Source of the DNA: Parcubacteria group bacterium
Lineage (GTDB): Bacteria; Patescibacteriota; Minisyncoccia; Moranbacterales; UBA11712
Assembly: GCA_041659685.1 (NCBI GenBank)
Contig: JBAZXV010000004.1
Coordinates: 6,355 to 70,354 of the forward strand
DNA length: 64,000 bases
Reading direction: 5' to 3'
The stretch's first letter is position 1. Each line of letters begins with the position of its first letter. Shown here piece after piece: positions 17,862 to 26,199 of the stretch. A program made the position numbers and the translations under genes. A model generated the notes under the pieces. The model did not search any database and was not told the DNA's origin. It saw only the letters and a program-made list of their open reading frames with translations.

Positions 17862-18956
17862 TTGTACAAACATCTTATGAAATACGAAGAAGAATTTCCG
17901 CTTTTCAAGACAAAAGTGGAAGGCGTAACGAAAAAGTATAATCTTTCGGATGTTGCCGAAAGGAAAGAATATTTTGGAGCCAAGATCGGCGAAGATATCA
18001 AAAAACTCCAGAAGTTTTTTGACGAAGGGAAAACTTTTATTGTTTATCTCCTCGGAAAAAAGAATGCCGGAAAAGGCACATATACCAAGCTCCTGATGGA
18101 AATTTTCGGCCGTGATAAGATTGCCCACCTTTCGGTCGGCGATATCGTCCGTGATCTCCATGCGGCAGTAGAAGACGAAGACTACAAAAAAGAACTTTTG
18201 GATTACCTCCACAAAAATTATCGCGGTTATATCACTCCCGAACAGGCTCTCGACGCTCTTTTGGGAAGAGATCAGAAGACTTTGCTTCCGGACGAATTCA
18301 TAATGGCGCTCGTAAAGCGGGAAATAGACAAAATCGGCAAAAAAACTATTTTTATAGACGGCTTTCCCAGAAACCTGGACCAGGTTTCTTATGCCATGTT
18401 CTTCAAGCAGCTCGTCGACTATCGCGAGGATCCGGATATTTTCATTGCGATTGATATTCCGGAGGCGGTTATCGACGAACGAATGAAATACAGGAGAGTC
18501 TGCCCGATCTGCCACACTCCCCGCAATCTGAAACTGTTTACGACTCAGGAAGTCGAATATGACGAAAAAGACGGAAAATTTTATCTTATTTGCGATAATT
18601 CGGACCATGAACGGTCGAGAATGTACGGAAAAGAAGGCGATGAGATGGGGATCGAATCAATCCGCGAAAGATTGGAAATGGACGACCAGCTCATTGACAA
18701 GATTTTTTCCCTGCACGGCATCAAAAAAGGGCTCATTAGAAACGCTGTTCCGGTCGATAAGTCAAAAGAATACGTTGATGACTATGAAATTACTCCGGAA
18801 TATGTCTATGAGTTGGATCCGGAAACAAAAAAAGTTAAAACCATTGAAAAACCTTTTGTCGTGAAGGACGATGAAGGCGTTGAAGTATACAGTCTCCTTG
18901 CCCCGCCGGTAGCGGTTTCGCTGATCAAACAATTAGTGGAACTATTAGGACTATAA
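17862..18956 (+). CDS. adk: adenylate kinase with zinc LID and ~60-aa N-terminal / ~110-aa C-terminal extensions
   Basis: LLGKKNAGKGTYTKLLMEIFGRDKIAHLSVGDIVRD vs Adk LLGAPGAGKGTQAQ..ISTGDMLR; FIDGFPRNLDQ vs LLDGFPRT; LID RRVCPICH...CDNSDH; 364 aa where Adk is usually ~215 aa. Confidence 0.75.
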   Translation: MYKHLMKYEEEFPLFKTKVEGVTKKYNLSDVAERKEYFGAKIGEDIKKLQKFFDEGKTFIVYLLGKKNAGKGTYTKLLMEIFGRDKIAHLSVGDIVRDLHAAVEDEDYKKELLDYLHKNYRGYITPEQALDALLGRDQKTLLPDEFIMALVKREIDKIGKKTIFIDGFPRNLDQVSYAMFFKQLVDYREDPDIFIAIDIPEAVIDERMKYRRVCPICHTPRNLKLFTTQEVEYDEKDGKFYLICDNSDHERSRMYGKEGDEMGIESIRERLEMDDQLIDKIFSLHGIKKGLIRNAVPVDKSKEYVDDYEITPEYVYELDPETKKVKTIEKPFVVKDDEGVEVYSLLAPPVAVSLIKQLVELLGL

Positions 18957-18973
18957 TCTCGGCTTTTGGGACT

Positions 18974-19015
18974 CCTAAGGTCGAACCTTAGGATGCTCCA
19001 AGGGTTCGACCTTAG
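18974..19015. promoter_or_regulatory. CCTAAGG-N5-CCTTAGG palindrome plus partial repeat upstream of thyA; a related palindrome is at 44367-44385
   Basis: cctaaggtcgaaccttagg..ggttcgaccttag. Confidence 0.35.
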
Positions 19016-19019
19016 AAAA

Positions 19020-20024
19020 ATGGAAAAAAATCAAAACCATCCCGAATACCAGTATTTGAATCTCATCCAGGATATTTTGGCAAATGGCGCGGATAAACCG
19101 CTTTTTCTGACTCCCGAGGTGCAGGATCAATACAAGAAGAAGGGCGAAGAGCTTCCCTTTATCCGCTCCGTTTTTGGGCGGGTGATCCGCTTTGATCTTG
19201 AGCAAGGATTTCCCCTGCTCACCACGAAAAAAGTTTTTTACCGCGGGGTTTTTGAGGAACTGCTTTGGTTTTTGACGGGCGACTCGAATATAAAATATCT
19301 GGTTGATCGCGATGTCCACATCTGGGACGAATGGGCCTGGAAAAAATATCATAAGCATTGCCTCAAAAATGAGCCGGAAAAAGATATGGAGCAGGGGGAG
19401 TTTATCGCAAAGCTCAAAGCCGAGGCGGCAGACAGCGATTTTGTGCGTAAATGGGGCGATCTGGTTACAATATATGGCCGAATGTGGCGCAAATGGCCGG
19501 CGGCGGACGGACATCTGATCGATCAGCTGGGATACTGCATAAACGGTCTCAAAGACAAGCCTTATCGAAAATCATACTGCGTTTCTGCCTGGAATCCGGA
19601 CTTCATCTATTCAATGGCCTCGCCGCAGAACAAAAACGAAGTTCCTCCTTTTTGCCATACGACATTTCAATTTGCGGTGGTAAACGGCAAACTGAATCTC
19701 GGCATGTATCAGCGGAGCGCGGACCTCTTTTTGGGCGTGCCGTTCAATATTGCAAGCTACGCCTTGCTTCTTCAGATGGTTTCGCAAGTCGTGGGAATTC
19801 CCGCCGGGGAATTCGTCCACTTTTTCGGAGATGTTCATATCTATTCCAATCATTTTGCCCAGGTGAAAGAACAGCTGGCACGCGAACCGCGCCCGTTTCC
19901 AAAATTAAAATTGAATCCCGAAGTGAAAGATATCGACGGCTTTAAATACGAAGATTTTACTCTGGAGAGCTATGATCCGCATCCGGCAATCAAGGCGGAA
20001 ATCGTGAATGTTGGCGGATCCTAA
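19020..20024 (+). CDS. thyA: thymidylate synthase (ThyA, with internal insertion)
   Basis: LWFLTGDSN, GDLVTIYGRMWR, SAWNPD, catalytic PPCHTTFQF, MYQRSADLFLGVPFNIASYALL. Confidence 0.9.
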   Translation: MEKNQNHPEYQYLNLIQDILANGADKPLFLTPEVQDQYKKKGEELPFIRSVFGRVIRFDLEQGFPLLTTKKVFYRGVFEELLWFLTGDSNIKYLVDRDVHIWDEWAWKKYHKHCLKNEPEKDMEQGEFIAKLKAEAADSDFVRKWGDLVTIYGRMWRKWPAADGHLIDQLGYCINGLKDKPYRKSYCVSAWNPDFIYSMASPQNKNEVPPFCHTTFQFAVVNGKLNLGMYQRSADLFLGVPFNIASYALLLQMVSQVVGIPAGEFVHFFGDVHIYSNHFAQVKEQLAREPRPFPKLKLNPEVKDIDGFKYEDFTLESYDPHPAIKAEIVNVGGS

Positions 20025-20051
20025 GCGGGATTTATGATTTAAGATTTAAGA

Positions 20052-20441
20052 ATGGAAAATAAATCCAAAATAAAATCTTTTACTGATTTAATTGTTTGGC
20101 AAGAAGGTCATAAATTAGCAATCCTGATTTATAAAGAAACAAAAAACTTTCCTAAGGAAGAAATTTATTCTTTGACAAATCAGATGAGAAGGGCCGCGAC
20201 GTCTATTACGAGTAATATTGCAGAGGGATTCGGGAGGCGTACATACAAGGAAAAAGTTCAATTTTACTATCAAGCGCAAGGATCTTTAACAGAATTAAAA
20301 AATCAAATTCTTCTAGCACACGATATTGGATATTTATCGAAGAATAGATTATTCGCTCTTGGTGAGCAAGCTAATATTGCTCACCGGCTTCTTCAGGGCT
20401 TCATAAAAAAGTCAAAAACATTCATAAATCATAAATCTTGA
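20052..20441 (+). CDS. four-helix-bundle protein of the 23S rRNA intervening-sequence (IVS) family
   Basis: IYKETKNFPKEEIYSLTNQMRRAATSITSNIAEGFGR..QGSLTELKNQILLA is a close match to the IVS-encoded four-helix-bundle family. Confidence 0.85.
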   Translation: MENKSKIKSFTDLIVWQEGHKLAILIYKETKNFPKEEIYSLTNQMRRAATSITSNIAEGFGRRTYKEKVQFYYQAQGSLTELKNQILLAHDIGYLSKNRLFALGEQANIAHRLLQGFIKKSKTFINHKS

Positions 20442-20455
20442 ATCATAAATCACAA

Positions 20456-20956
20456 ATGAAGATTATCCTTATGATGGCCGTAACGGCCGACGGTAAAATT
20501 GCCAAAAACAGCGATCATTTTCCGGATTGGACATCAAGGGAAGACAAAAAAATGTTTGCTTCCGTTTCAAGAGAACATGGCGTTGTCATTATGGGCGAAA
20601 AAACATTTAAGACTTTTCCGAAGCCGCTTCCGGAGCGGCTCAATGTTGTTTTTACGCTCGAAAAAGATCTTCCGGAAATGGAAAACGTGAAATGGGTGAC
20701 GGGAGAACCGGAAAAAGTGCTTGAACAGCTTGAAAAAGAAGGCCATAAATCCGCGATACTCGGCGGAGGAGCTTATCTTAACACCCAATTTCTCAAGAAT
20801 AAGCTCATTGACGAAATATGGCTTACGGTCGAGCCGAAAATATTCGGCGACGGCCTTGGCGTTTTTGGCGGAGATTTCGACATAGATTTGAAATTATTAA
20901 ACGTTGAAAAAATAAACGAGGACTCGGTTGTCTTGAAATATCAGGTTTTGAAATAG
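20456..20956 (+). CDS. folA: dihydrofolate reductase-family protein
   Basis: MKIILMMAVTADGKIAK...VVIMGEKTFKTF...LNVVFT; RibD-C/DHFR-type fold; next to thyA. Confidence 0.8.
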   Translation: MKIILMMAVTADGKIAKNSDHFPDWTSREDKKMFASVSREHGVVIMGEKTFKTFPKPLPERLNVVFTLEKDLPEMENVKWVTGEPEKVLEQLEKEGHKSAILGGGAYLNTQFLKNKLIDEIWLTVEPKIFGDGLGVFGGDFDIDLKLLNVEKINEDSVVLKYQVLK

Positions 20957-20960
20957 AATA

Positions 20961-21533
20961 ATGAAGCTTCAAAAAAGACTTGAAGAAAAACTCAAAAAGG
21001 AGGTTTTGGCTATTCTTGAAAATGGCAAGGAAAACTGGGATATTCCTCACACTCTGGATTCGGTGAAGTGGATGCGAAAACTGATTCTCGGCGAAGGAGG
21101 AAACGAAAAAATCCTTGTCCCTGCCATGTATTTCCATGACATTGGCTATCCCCACGCTTCTGACGGGTACGGTTTTCGAAAAGCGATGGCTATGAAAAAA
21201 AAACATGCCGAAAGGGGGGCGAAAATCGCAAAAAAAGTGCTTGAAAGGATCGGCGGTTTTTCCAAGGAAGAAATTGAAAAGATCGCTTATCTTGTCAGAA
21301 TGCATGACAAGCACGAAAATATTGAAAGCCACGAGCGCCAGTTGGTGTTTGAAGCTGACGGTTTGGCTCAAATTAACTGGCACGAAAGTCCGCCGAATTT
21401 TGGAAAAGAAGACTGTCTTAAATTTTTGGATAAATATTTCCGCAAAGAAAGACCGCCGGAGAGATGGCGGACAAAAACCGGGAAAAGACATGTGCGGGGG
21501 CTCATGAAAAAATCCCTAAAATATTGGGAGTGA
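20961..21533 (+). CDS. HD-domain phosphohydrolase
   Basis: H..HD motif (MYFHDIGY), later RMHDKHE. Confidence 0.75.
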   Translation: MKLQKRLEEKLKKEVLAILENGKENWDIPHTLDSVKWMRKLILGEGGNEKILVPAMYFHDIGYPHASDGYGFRKAMAMKKKHAERGAKIAKKVLERIGGFSKEEIEKIAYLVRMHDKHENIESHERQLVFEADGLAQINWHESPPNFGKEDCLKFLDKYFRKERPPERWRTKTGKRHVRGLMKKSLKYWE

Positions 21534-21564
21534 AATGCCGATCCTTTAAGCGCATTAAATATGG

Positions 21565-21942
21565 TTGAATATCGAATGTCCCGAGAGACATTTTTGTTTT
21601 TTTCTGAATTATTGTAAGATTATTGAAATAATTTTAGAAGAGGGAGGAGGTTCTTTGGCGGGAAAAATTGCTGAAGAAAAAAGCCGCCATTCGGGAGAGC
21701 CGCGGCCGCTAATCTCAGGAAAATGCGCCTGTTGCGGCGAGGCCTATGCCGGTTCTGACACTCTCAAGGGATACGGGACCAATGAGTCATTGTCGCTTCC
21801 CGTTTGCAGTCCATGCTTTTATGGCGCTCCTACTTCCACATTGCTGTATATTGCCTACGATTGTAATCCGGATGCCGACAAGAGAATTATCTGGGTAGCC
21901 ATCGGGCATATAAGAAAGTGGGCAGGCTATTGCGCATCCTGA
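21565..21942 (+). CDS. Cys-rich hypothetical protein
   Basis: ORF only; CACCGEAY, CSPCF. Confidence 0.25.
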   Translation: MNIECPERHFCFFLNYCKIIEIILEEGGGSLAGKIAEEKSRHSGEPRPLISGKCACCGEAYAGSDTLKGYGTNESLSLPVCSPCFYGAPTSTLLYIAYDCNPDADKRIIWVAIGHIRKWAGYCAS

Positions 21943-21985
21943 GCCGGAATTGGAGGATCCGGCTTTTACTTTGGGCGTTTTTTAT

Positions 21986-22028
21986 TCCCTTCCGCAGAAA
22001 ACTACGGTCATAAGATTGGGAAGCTTCA
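21986..22028. repeat. copy (e) of the CYTTTGCRGAAAAC element
   Basis: ccttccgcagaaaactacggtcataagattgggaagcttc resembles copy (c) ctctttgcggaaaactacgagataag. Confidence 0.35.
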
Positions 22029-22033
22029 TCTCA

Positions 22034-22750
22034 TCAAGAAGCAATTTGATTTCTCAAGCTTTCTTTGGGAAGGCTGAATTCATCCGTCAGTTTCAAAAAC
22101 TCCTCAAAATTTGCAACAGCGTGATCCGCTTTTCGAGCGACGCTTTCGCGGCAAACATTTTCGGTAAAAGCGAAAAATTTGCTCGCGAGTCCTGCCTCTC
22201 TGATTTGATAATCAGTGTGTCCGTCGCCAAGGACGAAAATATTTCCCTTTAACTTCAGCGAACGGATAATCTCCATTTTTCCTCCTTCTTTCGCAAGCTT
22301 GTTCCCTGTGTCGAAACCGGTGACATTTCCTTTTTCGTCGTAAATAAAATCGTTTGCGAAGATATTTTTTTCCGGAATACCGAAGGGTTTCACGATCGGA
22401 GCCGCGATTTCCCGAAAACCGCCCGTCAGAATGAATATCCGGCTGCCATGTTTTTCAAAGAAAAGCTTATTGCGCTTTATGGAAGGGGAGATTTTTTCCG
22501 TAAGTTGCTTGACGAGCTTCCTGATGTGATTTTTATGGGCGGTTAGAAGAGCAATCCTGCGCCGGAGAGATTCGTCGAAAGTAATTATTCCTTCCATTCC
22601 GAGCCTGGTTATGCCGGAAATATCTTCCACGATTTTTTTCCGGTTCGGGTTTCCCGACAGCGCAACGGAAGCAAGCTCATCCAGCGTTTCCACCCGGACG
22701 AAAGTGCTGTCAAAGTCGATGACGAAAGTAATATGGTCTTGGTTTTTCAT
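22034..22750 (-). CDS. HAD-IB hydrolase, phosphoserine phosphatase-like
   Basis: DFDSTF (DxDxT) motif, ILTGGF, VLGDGHTD; track ORF extends to 22774, first plausible start MKNQDHITFVIDFDST. Confidence 0.7.
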   Translation of the reverse strand: MKNQDHITFVIDFDSTFVRVETLDELASVALSGNPNRKKIVEDISGITRLGMEGIITFDESLRRRIALLTAHKNHIRKLVKQLTEKISPSIKRNKLFFEKHGSRIFILTGGFREIAAPIVKPFGIPEKNIFANDFIYDEKGNVTGFDTGNKLAKEGGKMEIIRSLKLKGNIFVLGDGHTDYQIREAGLASKFFAFTENVCRESVARKADHAVANFEEFLKLTDEFSLPKESLRNQIAS

Positions 22751-22795
22751 AGGGTAGTGGAGCCTAAAAACCATGTTTGGATCCGGAAATTCAGG

Positions 22796-23944
22796 TCAGG
22801 AAATTACCAGATTCTTCGGGTAATTTGTCAGATTCTTGCTGCCGTTTTTGGTGACTAAAACAATATCTTCAATTCTAATTCCTCCGATCCCCGGATAATA
22901 CAAGCCGGGTTCGACGGTTATTATGTTTCCCGCCTTCAAAATGTCTTCCGAGCGGGGTTTGAGGCTGGGTTTTTCATGGATGTCGAGTCCGACTCCGTGC
23001 CCTAAGCCATGCACAAAGCCGATTTCTCCGGTATCGTACCCTTGCTCTAAAATGACATTCGCCGCAACGTCGTAAATTCCTTCCGCCCGAGATCCAGCGC
23101 GGATTTTTTCCATGGCCGCCTTTTGGGCTTTTAAAACAGCGTTATACATCTTTTGGATCTCCGGGAGCGGTTTTCCTTTGGCATAAGTTCTGGTCATGTC
23201 GGCAAAGTACCCTGATTTTCGGTGACGGGGGAAAATATCGCAAACAATCGGCTGATGCGGAAGAATCGGACCGGTTCCGCTTTCGTGAGGAATGGCGGTT
23301 TGCTTTCCGGCGGAAATGATCATTCCGAGAAGGTCGAACATTCCTTTTTCAATAAGCGCTTTCTCCGCCTCTTGTTTCAAAAATTCGCTGGTGAGTATTT
23401 TATTTTTGAAATAAATTCTCTTTTCACCAATTTTGGACTTTCGGAGGATGCTTTCGATTATTCGAAAAGCCAGTTTGGTATGTGCCAGGCTCTCCCTGAT
23501 GAATCCGATTTCTTCTTCGGTTTTTACGGCTCTTTCGGGAAAAAAGGGAAAAGTGGGAGTGAGTTTTGTCCCATTCTTCCGCAAAAAATCAGCCATATCA
23601 AGCGGAAAGTGGATAGGCACTTCAATATTTTTATTAAGTAAGCCGTATTTTTTGAGGATATAATAAGCGAGTTTATTGCGATCGGAGGTTTTTAGTCTTA
23701 ATTTTTTTGCCTGCGCGGAAAGGGGATTAAGCAGTACGGATTTTATTTTTGTTTTTTTGGGAATAGTGCCAAAATCAACCCGGTCCAGCAGGGCATATTT
23801 CCCGCCCGAGGCGGGTCCGCCTTTGGAGGATTTTCCGACCTCAATATAGAAAAAAGAGCTGGTGATGGGCGTCTTCACCGCATAATGCATATCAGAGTCT
23901 TTTGTTGAAGCGAAAATTAATCTGTTCACGGATTGTATTGACAT
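22796..23944 (-). CDS. M24-family Xaa-Pro aminopeptidase
   Basis: HGLGHGVGLDIHE, GNIITVEPGLYYPGIGGIRIEDIVLVT; the N-terminal 37 aa of the track ORF are excluded. Confidence 0.8.
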   Translation of the reverse strand: MSIQSVNRLIFASTKDSDMHYAVKTPITSSFFYIEVGKSSKGGPASGGKYALLDRVDFGTIPKKTKIKSVLLNPLSAQAKKLRLKTSDRNKLAYYILKKYGLLNKNIEVPIHFPLDMADFLRKNGTKLTPTFPFFPERAVKTEEEIGFIRESLAHTKLAFRIIESILRKSKIGEKRIYFKNKILTSEFLKQEAEKALIEKGMFDLLGMIISAGKQTAIPHESGTGPILPHQPIVCDIFPRHRKSGYFADMTRTYAKGKPLPEIQKMYNAVLKAQKAAMEKIRAGSRAEGIYDVAANVILEQGYDTGEIGFVHGLGHGVGLDIHEKPSLKPRSEDILKAGNIITVEPGLYYPGIGGIRIEDIVLVTKNGSKNLTNYPKNLVIS

Positions 23945-24528
23945 TATAAAGGATATTGATAGAATAAATGCAAATGAACATATTTGCAATCCGTCCCACG
24001 CCGGTTCGCCGCGGGGTAAACAACCAAGGCATGAAGAAGGATACCAAGAAGACAAGCTTTTTGGTCGGTTTTGGTTTATCGAAAATTACCCCAGCATAAA
24101 AGACTTCGCATGAATTTTCTCTAAACCCGGGCCGATCAACGGACCCGGGATTTTGTTCTTTAACGCTATAGTCCTTAATCTTATTAAATTACGGCTTAAG
24201 GCCGCATTTTAGGGGGTATGATTATGGAAAATCAGCAAAAAGCAGTGGTGCTGGACGGAAAATATTTTCCGGAGGAAATGAGGAAAAATTGTCGGATACT
24301 TCTCAATTTTCTGGATCGCGGAGGAGCTCTGGAAAGCTTCTTAATTATGAACCTCGCGATAAATTACCCGAATCTCAGGAAATGTGCCTTTTTTTGCACT
24401 AGTCCCTGCAAACTGGGACAGGAGATGCAATGCCTCGGAAATCTTCAGGCAGAAGGGTGACTAATGGTTAATCTGGAAAATCAAAAACCTGATTGTTTAA
24501 GTCACGAAACAAAAAATGAAGTGAGGAG

Positions 24529-24846
24529 GTGCTCATGGTTCAAATTCATTCTTATCTAAAAAGATTCTTTTTGGGAGGGAGTGTCTTTTATCCTTATCCA
24601 GAAAAAAGGATTGATGATTGTCCCTTTGTCCTTTGTCCAGAGCCCTCGAAAGGAATGTCGGGCTCTCTCATTTCCATTGCGGGGTTCTCTCATCTTTCCT
24701 TAACACAGATTCTGGAGATAGAGGCAAATTATCTATCATCGAGCAACAATTCCCTCTTTAAATTTTGCTGGTTTAGCTGTCGGATTAAGTCATGTCTCTA
24801 TGTAGAAAGGTGGGGAAAAAAGAAAATTAAATACCCTACAGCATAA
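24529..24846 (+). CDS. hypothetical protein
   Basis: ORF that ends exactly at a strong terminator; no family recognised. Confidence 0.25.
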   Translation: MLMVQIHSYLKRFFLGGSVFYPYPEKRIDDCPFVLCPEPSKGMSGSLISIAGFSHLSLTQILEIEANYLSSSNNSLFKFCWFSCRIKSCLYVERWGKKKIKYPTA

Positions 24847-24847
24847 A

Positions 24848-24879
24848 GGGCTGGTCCGAATGGACTGGCCCAATTTTTT
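24848..24879 (+). terminator. rho-independent terminator
   Basis: gggctggtcc-gaat-ggactggccc (10-bp stem with 2 G-U pairs) + aattttttatttg. Confidence 0.65.
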
Positions 24880-24884
24880 ATTTG

Positions 24885-24913
24885 TTGACATAAATTTTTT
24901 AAATTGCTAGAAT
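24885..24913 (+). promoter_or_regulatory. near-consensus sigma70 promoter
   Basis: TTGACA-17 nt-TAGAAT (ttgaca taaattttttaaattgc tagaat). Confidence 0.55.
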
Positions 24914-24922
24914 ATTTCAGTA

Positions 24923-25024
24923 ATGAATATTAATCAAACCAAAACATTTTTCTTTAGCTATTATTTTTTCTGGTTTACACGCCAGGTCGGTTTTGGTTTG
25001 AGTAGAATTTTAGCAAAAAGATAA
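24923..25024 (+). CDS. aromatic-rich leader peptide (33 aa: MNINQTKTFFFSYYFFWFTRQVGFGLSRILAKR)
   Basis: Begins ~10 nt after the promoter's predicted start site; 8 Phe, 2 Tyr and 1 Trp clustered as TFFFSYYFFWFT; followed by a GC-rich stem + U7 and then PDT/TyrA genes. Confidence 0.5.
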   Translation: MNINQTKTFFFSYYFFWFTRQVGFGLSRILAKR

Positions 25025-25045
25025 ATTCTCTCAGAAATTATAAGC

Positions 25046-25082
25046 AAACCAAAGGCCGGCCTTCCAAGGCGCGGTTTTTTTG
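25046..25082 (+). terminator. candidate attenuator terminator (GC-rich segment + T7)
   Basis: caaaccaaaggccggccttccaaggcgcggttttttt; exact pairing not resolved by eye. Confidence 0.4.
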
Positions 25083-25447
25083 TTCTTTAAAATGCATGCC
25101 GTACGGCTATCCTAGCTCTCTTTTTGCTGATTACGAGAGTTGAGACAGCCGTATGGCTTGAGATTAATCAAAAAATATCGGAAGGGGGATAAATCACGAT
25201 GCTTGAGGCCATCAGGAGCGAATTGGGAGAGGCGGGATTGGCGAGACTGTCTGGATTGCAATTATTCTGGGTTGATCGCAACTGTGTATTAGGAGGCAAC
25301 ACTAATTTACGGAAGAAAGCTTCCAGTGCTCTTTGGGTGAAGCGGATGAGTGATTCCAGGATGCCCTTTGGGAAGTGCAATGGATGTTGCATTTGTTTAA
25401 ACGGGAATATAAGGTTATTAAGCAATCTATAAGGAGCGCAAAGCAAG

Positions 25448-26119
25448 ATGAAAATCAAAGGTTTTCTGGAAATAGCGAACTTGCCGCCTATAGACAGAAT
25501 TGGCGAGATCTTGCAGAGTTCTGCTATCAGGAAGGTTATTCACTTCTGTCTCGGACCAGACGGGACTAACATTCATCAGGCGGCCGAGGCGTGGTCTCTA
25601 GAAAGAGGTCTTTCGGAGAAAGCAGAAATTAAATTTTGTGAAACCCCGGAAGTCTGTTTAACCGAATGCAGACAGCTTAATGGAAAAAATATTTTGGGAT
25701 TTTTCTGGACCTGTGCGGTCTACTTTAAACTCCATGAGCTTTTTTTCACAAATCGCGACTGCTTGCCTTTTTTCGTTAACTTTACAATGGCCCTCGATAC
25801 TATGCAGTTGGCTACAAGAGTTGAAAAAGTTAAAGAAATTAACGGCTGTATTCCCGTGGGCTGGAAAATTGCATCACATCCTTCGCCGGCACCGCTCCTC
25901 AACGGACATAGGCGTATTATGCTTGTTGATAGTAACAGTGCTGCCGCGAAAGCTTGTTCGGAAGGGATGGCCGATGGTTGCATCACTACCGAGTCTGCAA
26001 GATTAATCCACGGTCTCGAGAAAATAGGCGAATATGGTTCGCCGCAAATGGTATTTTTCGCCGGTATCACTGAGGCCGGCGCCAGGCTAGTGGCAAATGC
26101 CTACCAGTTACTTCAGTAA
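25448..26119 (+). CDS. prephenate/arogenate dehydratase-like protein (PDT catalytic fold, no ACT domain)
   Basis: Strong RBS AAGGAG; HFCLGPDGTNIHQAAE vs PDT A-Y-LGP-GTFS--AA; AAAKACSEGMADGCITTESARLIHGL vs PDT AAIAS..AA..YGL. Confidence 0.6.
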   Translation: MKIKGFLEIANLPPIDRIGEILQSSAIRKVIHFCLGPDGTNIHQAAEAWSLERGLSEKAEIKFCETPEVCLTECRQLNGKNILGFFWTCAVYFKLHELFFTNRDCLPFFVNFTMALDTMQLATRVEKVKEINGCIPVGWKIASHPSPAPLLNGHRRIMLVDSNSAAAKACSEGMADGCITTESARLIHGLEKIGEYGSPQMVFFAGITEAGARLVANAYQLLQ

Positions 26120-26199
26120 AGCCGCGCCCGGGGCAATTCTCAAATTGCTTCGGGCGCTACCACTTTTCAAAAATCAATTCATTAACTAAATTAATATAT

